Source: Balanoglossus misakiensis
Taxonomy: Eukaryota; Animalia; Hemichordata
NCBI GenBank assembly: GCA_040954595.2
Contig: CM082591.2
Span: forward strand, 2,751,258 to 2,815,257
Direction: 5' to 3'
Length of the DNA stretch: 64,000 nt
Shown here: positions 41,701-64,000 of the stretch, piece after piece
Layout of the letters: every line of letters begins with the position of its first letter
How positions within the stretch are numbered: the first letter of the stretch is position 1
Made by a program: the position numbers and the translations under genes
Notes under the pieces: model-generated
Seen by the model: only the letters and a program-made list of their open reading frames with translations
Database searches by the model: none
What the model was told of the DNA's origin: nothing

Positions 41701-44131
41701 AGACAGTCAAAGTGATGGCAGCACTGGTAGTAACTCTGGGAGCGGAGACGGACCGAGCGGCAGCAACTCTGGGAGCGGAGACTCACCGAGCGGAAGCAAC
41801 TCTGGGAGCGGAGACTCACCGAGCGGCAGCAACTCTGGGAGCGGAGACTCACCGAGTGGCAGCAACTCTGGGAGCGGAGACTCACCGAGTGGCAGCAACT
41901 CTGGGAGCGGAGACTCACCGAGTGGCAGCAACTCTGGGAGCGGAGACTCACCGAGTGGCGGCAGCAACTCCGGGAACGGAGACTCACCGAGTGGCGGCAG
42001 CAACTCCGGGAACGGAGACTCACCGAGTGGCGGCAGCGGCAGCAACTCCGGGAACGGAGACTCACCGAGTGGCGGCAGCAACTCCGGGAACGGAGACTCA
42101 CCGAGTGGCGGCAGCAACTCCGGGAACGGAGACTCACCGAGTGGCGGCAGCAACTCTGGGAACGGAGACGGACCGAGTGGCAGCAACTCTGGGAACGGAG
42201 ACGAAACGAGTAGCAGCAGCAGCAACAGCGGCGGATCAAGTGATGACGGCTCCAGGAGCAGTTCTTTACGTTCTCGCAGTAGCAGCGAAAGCAGCGCAAA
42301 CAACAGCAGCAGCAGTGAATCAAGTGATGACAGCTCCAGTAGTAGTTCTTCAAGCTCATCCAGTAGCTCGGAAAGTAGTGCTTCAGGCTCAGGATCAAGC
42401 TCAAGCCAAGAAGACCAGTGTGAGGGTATGTTTTTATAGATGACATTTCCCACCAAATTTTGATGTGGCACTCTGATGAAATGACAACATGATGAATGCA
42501 AAAATCACAAGAACCTTCAGGCGAAATCATGTTTATTAAGCAGAATTTAATGTAACTGTCAGTAATTGTTTCTACACTACAGATTACTAAAGCTTTGTGA
42601 TATATAATAGTCATGAATATTATATCAAAACAATGTCTGTTTCCAAATTCATTTTGACAGCTAATGGACCTGTTTGTCTTTGTGTGGAATACAAGATATT
42701 TCTTGATAAACAATCCTATGGCGATGCTCGGGAAGCTTGTAGAGCTGATAATGGCATGTTGGCTATCGTGGACTCGGCCTATACTCAACACCTGTTGACA
42801 ACAAACATCGAGAATGAAAATGTTGGAGATCTGGTCGATGGTTTTTGGATAGGACTGGATGACTGCAATATGGAAGGGATGTTCACCTGGCGAGATGGTA
42901 CAGCTCTTACAGGGAACTGCTACCAGAATTGGTTTGGAGATCATAGCCATGAAAACAGAGACTGTGTGGCTATGAGGCAAGTCCTGCATGTTATAACTTC
43001 TTTGTTTAGTAGTCCTGCGAACAATATATTTTCATATACTTTGTGAGAGCCAAAAAAAACACGAAAACAAATTGTCGCTAAAAACAATATTTACAATTGA
43101 ATGTTTTTCGAAGATAAGAGAACACAAATTAATTGTCACAAAATACTCGTCTGTTGTTATGGAGAACATTTCTTATAAAAATTTGCCGTTTTACATTGGC
43201 ATGACATTTGAAGAAAATGTGTTATTGATAGGCATTGTACATACTAGTATATCTCTTCATCTTATGGCAATATTGCGTGGTATTTGTCATGACGCAAATT
43301 AATACGTTGTCCTAATGCCAATCATATCAGGTGTAGCTGACAATTTGTTATGGCTGCCGGCAACCATATTTGCTCATATCGCGTGACAAAAGAACGTGTG
43401 TGACATCATGACCATCTGCGTTTGTGATGAGTTTAAAGTGGTTCAGTCAGATCAGCTGTTTTCTGGAATATTTCACTAAGGATTGCTTGTTCTTGTCAGT
43501 CTGTAAATTCGTTAACTAACTATACGTGTCATGTTTCATTTCAGTAAATCAAAATCTTATGAATGGGACGATTTTGCCTGTACACGTCTGAACGGATACA
43601 TTTGCATGTACTACAGTAAGTACAAAACTTCAAACGCTTTCTAATTTAGGTTACCTGTCAGATGTTTACAGCTGTGCATTTAATACATAAAATCGTAAAA
43701 AATAAAACTAGCCCTGAATGCTTGGATTTTGTATTAGTTCTCGTTTACACTAGTTTGGATGGTGCTTGTCTGTCTAGTTTGTGTTTGTCTGTCCAGTTGG
43801 TGTTTGTCTGTCCAGTTGGTGTTTGTCTGTCCAGTTGGTGTTTGTCTGCTCATGGACTCGTTCGTTTACAATGAGAAGTGACGTGCAGAATGTTTTATAT
43901 CAATATTCAAGTACTGTCTGTCAATGTTGAAATTTTCAGGCCACAAACACAAGACCTGACTTTCCCATTCTTTCAGCTAATAATTCTAAAACTCGTGTAG
44001 CCTTTTGGCGAGATTATATTCTTACAAAGCGTTTCTTTTCTGTCATTTTAGACTGCGATAACAGAGATGTAGACTGTCAGCAATGTGCTGATCTGCCACC
44101 AGAACCAATGCCGATTGGAGGTGGAGACTAA
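38780..44131 (+). CDS. Secreted Ser/Gly/Asp-repeat C-type lectin domain protein (cluster gene A, ~1000 aa)
   Basis: Exons 38780-38851, 39219-39293, 39661-39720, 40088-42425, 42661-42976 (GC donor), 43545-43615, 44052-44131, phase-consistent. Signal MKLYVFIVMLICIACVSA; (GDSPSGSNSGS)n; CTLD SYGDAREAC, FWIGLDD, FTWRDG, RDCVAM, WDDFAC, YIC; AATAAA at 44351. Confidence 0.88.
38852..40087 (+). repeat. Three near-identical 367-nt introns (38852-39218, 39294-39660, 39721-40087) separated by short exons
   Basis: By eye the copies differ at one position (gcggacg vs gcagacg in copy 3). Confidence 0.95.
40195..42200 (+). repeat. Coding minisatellite, 33-nt unit (GD[S/G]PSGSNSGS), with a higher-order spacer
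   Basis: ggagactcaccgagtggcagcaactctgggagc repeated dozens of times, interrupted five times by ESSANNCSSSGSDSQS. Confidence 0.97.
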
Positions 44132-46145
44132 GACTCATGCTAGTTGACAAGCAGACCTGGCTGATATAAAAGACCAAGATATATTGCATGAATGTAGATA
44201 TTGACATAGTGCACCGTAGCAGAGTAAACTAGTGTAGGGACTCTTGATTGAATATGTGAAAGTCCAGACAGGAAAAGTACATGACATAGTCACCAGTGGA
44301 ATTACCGCATCATTGTTAATTTCTCTGACCCCCAACCCCCAGATTCGTGAAATAAAGCATACATATCTTACTGCAAGTTGAGACTTGTATCTTTTTTTTA
44401 GAAAAAAAATGCCACGTCAGGTAGTCAGTACTGCATGATTTAAACAGGCCACTATATGGTTCAAATGGAGTGACTAAATCTTCTAATGGCCGTGTGGTGG
44501 CGCACTTTTATCGCATAGCCACCAAAGTACTGTTATATGTGAATTGTATGCGTTAACAAGATCGTAAATTGGAACACAGTCACTGCACACATGGTTGGAA
44601 TCAAAGTCACTTTGGAACTGTTACAGCGATTGCTCCTATGACTTAGCAAAGGCGAGGTCTTGAAACCAACTCCATTTTCCACACATGCATTTTCAAGTTA
44701 AGAAGTTGTCTTCACTCACACAAAGGCAAAGTTCAATCAACAAATAAGCATTGATACCACCCATTCCCTTGTCACGTGGGAGGAGTCGCATCATTGCAAG
44801 AAATGTAATGGGGAACTACACTCTTTTGGTAGAACTGGCTCACTTGGTTAAGACTGAGGGGTGCCTATACGGAGTGGTAAACTGTCTAAGACATGGAGGA
44901 GGGTAGTCATGAACTGATGTGTTGTCTTTCAACCTCCTTCGTCGATCTTCTGGCCGAGGATCTCTCCTTCCTCTTCTGTGCCCTCTCCTCCTCATTTGCA
45001 TATTTCATGATGTTTTGAAATAAGGCTATGTCTCAAGAAATACTCAACCAAATTTAGTGGGACTTTGCATGTACTTTGATTACCCATTAGCATCACCATG
45101 AGAAAGTTTATTGGGTTATGGTGGAATAATTCTAATTTGCATAATTAATAATTTACTGTAATTAGGCGAAGCCTGTCTCAAGCAAATGTGGTACTGTGGG
45201 ACTTCACAGTGTACATCATTATATAAACAACAACAAGATAAACACTGATGGTTGTGTGCCAAGTATGAGTAATGCATTTTGTTGCAGAGTGCCATCTAGA
45301 GTTGGGAATTATCTTAACTTTGGATCTGATACTGTACTAGAGGGACCTTAAAACTGGGGTAGCCCCTAGCGGGATGGTTTCATGACGTCTCCCTTTTCAA
45401 CACGTCATAGGAGCAATCGCCGTGCGTAATATATCCCAACCGACTCTGATTTGAATGACACGACCAAGTGGACAACCGTATGTGCCTAGCAGATTTATCA
45501 CGCGACCGTCCTGTAGCAAGCCAAGACATGAAATCATATCTATGCACCCCCTCTGGGGAATGTACAGTTTGGCAATTGTACACCAATGTTTCTCAAAAAT
45601 GCTACGTTGTCATGTCAAGATAAAATGTTCGCTACGTTTGATGTTGTACTTGAGGTAGAATTAACAAAAACAAAGGCCCTCTCCATGAAAAGATGTGTGT
45701 GTATGCTTTGATGAGTTAGACAAGTGGTGTACTGTTGTATATATGTGAGCCGGTAATTAAATTAAAAAAACTTCATTATTTTTTGTGGAGACCGGCAGGG
45801 TTTTGTCGATGAAATATGGCAAAGGCAATATTATCAGTTCAAATTGCTTCGAGTAATTGCAACTGCCTTCAGTAAATTGTCCAATTATATTAAGATACGT
45901 GTACGAATAGTGTAATGACACGACACCAATTTTGGAGATAAATCAAGAGAATCTCCAGCGAGATGCCAATGACAGGAAAGACCAGACAACAAATCACAAC
46001 TTGGTGATAAAGGTAAGACAATTGCATCTATGATGTACTTTTTTACACTCATTCAAACCTGAATGTCTTTTGACAACACTTGTTAAAGTACTTTATATTA
46101 ATCGATTTTTTTTCTTTCATCTCGAAATCAGACCCAAGAACAGTC

Positions 46146-49100
46146 ATGAAGCTCTATATCTTTTTCTTGTTGCTGATATGCATTGCTTGTGTCAGCGCTA
46201 ATACCCTGGCAAGAAAGGTAGGTACTTCATGTGTGCGTATATGTTGAGATGCCGGCTTGGTTTTTTACATCCTGTTATATGAGGATTAACATCAAAGTGC
46301 TCCAGCTCCATCATGTTTCACCCTTTGTCACCACTGTAATTTAACAATCGAATATGCGGATGATACAGTTTGCGAGACTTTACCTCGCAATCGGACATAC
46401 AGGCTACATGTTAGCCAACGCAGACATTAGTAATAAGTTTTTACTAATACTGCGATATGCAACACTGCGAGATACTTGAAAACAAGCGGTTTCCATGTAC
46501 ATGTTTTTGTTTTGTTTTTTGTTTTCCAGAAAAGAACATACACTCAAAACGACGATGGGAATGGTGGCAAATCGAGTGGGGAGGACAACAAATCTGGCAA
46601 TGGAGACAAGAAATCTGGGAAAGGAGACAAGAAATCTGGGAAAGGAGACGAATCGAGTGACAGCAAATCTGGGAATGGTGACGCATCGAGTGACAGCAAA
46701 TCTGAGAATGGAGACAGCTCGAGTGACAGCAAATCTAGGAAAGGAGACAAATCGAGTGACAACAAATCTGAGAATGGAGACAACAAATCTAGGAAAGGAG
46801 ACAACAAATCTAAGAAAGGAGACAAATCGAGTGACAACAAATCTGAGAATGGAGACAGCTCGAGTGACAGCAAATCTAGGAAAGGAGACAAATCGAGTGA
46901 CAACAAATCTGAGAATGGAGACAACAAATCTAGGAAAGGAGACAACAAATCTAAGAAAGGAGACAAATCGAGTGACAACAAATCTGAGAATGGAGACAGC
47001 TCGAGTGACAACAAATCTAAGAAAGGAGACAGATCGAGTGACAACAAATCTGAGAATGGAGACAACAAATCTAGGAAAGGAGACAACAAATCTAAGAAAG
47101 GAGACAAATCGAGTGACAACAAATCTGAGAATGGAGACAACAAATCTAGGAAAGGAGACAACAAATCTAAGAAGGGAGACAAATCGAGTGACAACAAATC
47201 TGAGAATGGAGACAACAAATCTAGGAAAGGAGACAACAAATCTAAGAAAGGAGACAAATCGAGTGACAATTCAAAAAGTAGCTCTGAAAGTAGCGCAAAG
47301 AACAGCAGCAGCAGTGGATCAAGTGATGACGGCTCCAGGAGCAGTTCTTCACGTTCTCGCAGTAGCAGCGAAAGCAGCGCAAAGAACAGCAGCAGCAGCA
47401 GTGGATCAAGTGATGACGGCTCCAGGAGCAGTTCTTCACGTTCTCGCAGTAGCAGCGAAAGCAGCGCAAACAACAGCAGTAGCGGACCAAGTGATGACAG
47501 CTCCAGTAGCCGTTCTTCAAGTGACAGCTCCAGTAGTAGTTCTTCAAGTGGCAGCACTGGTAGAAGTTCTTCAAGTTCTGCCAGAACCTCTGAAAGCAGC
47601 GGAAGTAGCGCAAAGAACAGTAGCAGCAGTGGATCAGACAATCAAAGTGATGGCAGCTCTGGTAGTAGTTCTTCAAGTGGCAGCACTGGTAGAAGTTCTT
47701 CAAGTTCTGCCAGAACCTCTGAAAGCAGCGGAAGTAGCGCAAAGAACAGTAGCAGCAGTGGATCAGACAGTCAAAGTGATGGCAGCTCTGGTAGTAGTTC
47801 TTCAAGTGGCAGCACTGGTAGAAGTTCTTCAAGTTCTGCCAGAACCTCTGAAAGCAGCGGAAGTAGGGCAAAGAACAGTAGCAGCAGTGGATCAGACAGT
47901 CAAAGTGATGGCAGCTCTGGTAGTAGTTCTTCAAGTGGCAGCTCCGGCAGTAGTTCTTCAAGCTCATCCAGTAGCTCGGAAAGTAGTGCTTCAGGCTCAG
48001 GATCAAGCTCAAGCCAAGAAGACCAGTGTGAGGGTATGTTTTTATAGATGACATTTGCCACCAAATTTTGATATAGCACTATTATTAAGCAGATATCTTG
48101 AAATTAATGTGATTGTCGGTAATTGTTTGTTTCTACACTACAGACTTACTAAAGCTTTGTGATACATAATAGTCATGAAATTATCAAAATAGTGTCTGTT
48201 TTCAAATTCATTTTGACAGCTAATGGACCCGTTTGTCTTTGTGTGGAATACAAGATATTTCTTGATAAACAATCCTATGGCGATGCTCGGGCAGCTTGTA
48301 GAGCTGATAATGGCATGTTGGCTATCGTGGACTCGGCCTATACTCAGCACCTGTTGACAACAAACATCGAGAATGAAAATGTTGGAGATCTGGTCGATGG
48401 CTTTTGGATCGGACTGGATGACTGCAATATGGAAGGGATGTTCACCTGGCGAGATGGTACAGCTCTTACAGGGAACTGCTACCAGAATTGGTTTGGAGAT
48501 CATAGCCATGGAAACAGAGACTGTGTGGCTATGAGGCAAGTCTTGCATGTTATAACTTTGTTGTGATGGCCGATATGTGTGAAGGGATGCGAGGCCTGCA
48601 CCAACATGTAATGTATTAGTCAAATGCGAGCAAATATAATTGTTGTCACATTTACGAACTTCTTATGGTCGTGTGACATTTGCAGAAAATTTGTTCTGGA
48701 GTAGCATCGTACATAGAACATATATCTCTTCATGCATTTTATGGCAGTATTGAGTTGTATATGACGCAGATACATGTGAATATTGCGTTGTCCTTGTGCC
48801 AATCATATCAGATGTACTTTTGTGTCAGTGCCTGGTAATGACAAATGGCTGCCGGTAGCCATATTGGCTCATATCGCGTGACAAAATATCGTGCGTGACG
48901 TCATGTCCATCTGCGTTTCTGATTAAAGCGATTCAGTCAGCTATTTTCTGGAATATCTCACCATCGACTGATGTCATCGAGTTCTCTTAACTATGTAAAT
49001 TCGCTAATAACTAACTGTTAGTGTCATGTTTCATTTCAGTAAATCCAAAGCTTATGAATGGGACGATTTTGCCTGTACACGTCAGAACGGATACATTTGC

Positions 49101-49588
49101 ATGTACTACAGTAAGTACAAAACTTCAAACGCTTTCTAATTTAGGTTACCTGTCAAATGTTTACAGCTGTGCATTTAATACAAAAAATCGGACAAATAAA
49201 ACTAGCCCTGAATTCTTGGATTTTGCATTAGTTCTCGTTTTCACTAGTTTTGATGGTGCTTGTCTGTCTAGTTGGTGTTTGTCTGTCCAGTTGGTGTTTG
49301 TCTGCTCATGGACTCGTTCGTTTACTATGAGAAGTGACGTGCAAAATGTTGTATATCAATATTCAAGTACTGTCTGTCAATGATGAAATTTTCAGGCCAC
49401 AAACACAAGACCTGACTTTCCCATTCTTTCAGCTAATAATTCTAAAAACTCGCGTAGCCTTTTGGTGAGATTATATTCTTACAAAGCGTTTCTTTTCTGT
49501 CATTTTAGACTGCGATAACAGAGATGTTGACTGTCAGCAATGTGCTGAGCTGCCACCAGAACCAATGCCGATGGGAGGTGGAGACTAA
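46146..49588 (+). CDS. Secreted Lys/Asp/Ser-repeat C-type lectin domain protein (cluster gene B, ~680 aa), tandem paralogue of gene A
   Basis: Exons 46146-46217, 46530-48033, 48220-48535 (GC donor), 49040-49110, 49509-49588. Last three exons have the same sizes as in gene A (316/71/80 nt) and near-identical sequence; AATAAA at 49817. Confidence 0.88.
46575..47990 (+). repeat. Coding repeats of gene B: 21/33-nt Lys-rich units followed by longer Ser-rich units
   Basis: GDKSSDNKSEN, GDNKSRK and GDNKSKK units; then SSDDGSRSSSSRSRSSSESSA x2 and a 129-nt unit GSTGRSSSSSARTSESSGS.. x3. Confidence 0.95.
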
Positions 49589-51261
49589 GGCTCGTGCTAG
49601 TCAACAGGCAGAGGTGGTTGATATAAAAGACCAAGACATATTGCATGATATGTAGATATCGTCATTGTTAGGGCATCATGGCAAAGAAACCGGTCGTCTA
49701 GAAACTTTTGATTGAATATGTGAAAGTCCAGACAACTTGAGAAAAGTAGATGCCATAGTCACCAGTGGATATACCACATCATTGTAAACTTCTTTACGAG
49801 CCTTAAAAACTCTCGAAATAAAGAACACATATAGATCTTACTGCAAGTTGAGACTGGATTCTTTCTTTTGGCAGGAAAAATGCCACATCAGGGACCGTAG
49901 TCAGTTCTGCTAACTTATGAAAACAAAACCCGAATTACGTAGGCCGCTACATGTTCAAATTGAGAGTGACTACTTCTTATAGTGGACATGTGATTCCGCA
50001 CTTTTTTCACGTGGACACCCAAATACTATCATATAAGAATTTTATGCGTTTCATTTCATCAACATGTGCTATGTGGTTAATTGAGAATGCACCTTATAGC
50101 TCTCGATCCAGCTCGTCGTAAATAGAAAAAAGCGACCAACTGGACAACCATATGTGCATAGCAGATTAATCACGCGACATTCTAGTAGCCAAGCACGAAA
50201 TCATAATTATCTATGTACCTCCCTGAGAACCGTACAGTTTGGCAATGGTACACTAGTTCCCAATTGTATTTCGTAAACTTCCGTAAGGTAACAGAGAAAG
50301 TGGGAAGAAAAATGTAGAAGAAACAGAATATTGACACAAAGGTTTGAAAACACAGAATTACACGAAATCTAGACAGTAGTTAAGACGGCAGCAGCATCAT
50401 TGACTCGCATGTAAATAACATGGGCAGCGAATATAAAAGAATCTTCTCTTTTTCTTTCTGTCCATCGGGCTTCACTATCTTGTTCGCTGGTTCCCATATG
50501 GGCCTGTACGCAATGTACGCAGGCTTGGACAAAGTACTTTGGTATAATCTGAATGAGACGTAGTTTGACAGACTAGTAATACTAGTATGACTGTAGAACA
50601 CGTATAGAAAATCAGTCTATACTCCCAATCATGCGCTCTCAAAGTACATTTGTATAACACAGCCCCTCCCCTTCTGTAGTCATGGCAACGAGCTTAAAAC
50701 TGTACGTTGAAATTGTTTAATTTTCTCATCGATCTCCTAATTTAGGTCAACGAACCCTAACACTGGCACTACCACCTCTGGTTGGGGGCAGTAGACACCA
50801 CCACTCCGTTTAAGTCATGTCTTGATAGGTATGACACGGGTGTGACGTTTCAACCTCTGCATGCCAGGCAGAGATGGAACCTTTGATCGAATGTGACGTC
50901 ATTCTAAGCAAACTTTGAAAGCGCACGAATCTGGGGATTTTCCAGCTTTCCGACGGCTTTCGCACAGTTTTGGGGGCTCCAATAGCTCTTGAAAGTATTT
51001 TTGAACTTTAATACAAGCATTTAATCGATCAATCCTGGGTTTAAAGGAACATAACAGTCTCTCAAACAGGCATACCCCCCTCGGGGACACAACACGGAAC
51101 AGCCTGTATTCATGTGACCAATCAATCAAGTTGTAATGGTGCACTCCACTAGAAATGGCGATCTGGACGTTGAAAAAATAACCCAATTAACGGGACTTTA
51201 GCTGAGACATTCTACTTCCCGTCTGGTTTTCTTGGATATTCAGTTTTTCTAAGGAACAGCC

Positions 51262-64000
<12,739 letters not shown>

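Noticed and set aside
40195-42200. Repeat-spacer pattern superficially like a CRISPR array
   Set aside because: Eukaryotic coding minisatellite; the spacers are themselves repeated and there are no cas genes.
40023-42989. Long alternative-frame and antisense ORFs over the gene A repeat (806 aa AETHRVAATLG; 937 aa Cys-rich SQSCCHSVSLR)
   Set aside because: A stop-free 33-nt unit keeps several frames open automatically. Only the Ser/Gly frame is joined by valid splice sites to a signal peptide and the CTLD.
46495-48054. Overlapping 518-, 365- and 270-aa ORFs over the gene B repeat, including a Leu-rich LRR-looking antisense frame
   Set aside because: Shadow frames of the coding minisatellite with no independent splice or start evidence.

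Overview
Eukaryotic, AT-rich, intron-containing animal genomic DNA. The gene content suggests an invertebrate deuterostome such as a hemichordate, echinoderm or amphioxus (inference only). Spliced genes, in order: last exon of a catalytically dead trypsin-fold protein (+); calumenin (-) with a pair of mutually exclusive exons; FBXO47 (+); a JHAMT-like SAM methyltransferase (-); TTLL1 (+); a SEFIR-domain CIKS/Act1-like adaptor (-); an SLC22 transporter (+); a satellite that looks derived from a C2H2 zinc-finger array; three related secreted Ser-rich C-type-lectin-domain (CTLD) genes; and the 5' half of MYRF (+). The CTLD cluster (33.1-49.6 kb) is the most unusual region. Each gene encodes a signal peptide, a furin-type site built across a splice junction, a Ser-rich tract and a non-canonical CTLD with extra Cys. 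Two paralogues expanded the same 33-nt repeat into chemically contrasting polymers, and one gained extra REKR-bounded peptide cassettes by triplicating a 367-nt intron. Several small DNA-transposon derivatives are also visible. All exon boundaries and comparisons were made by eye; no database searches were run.
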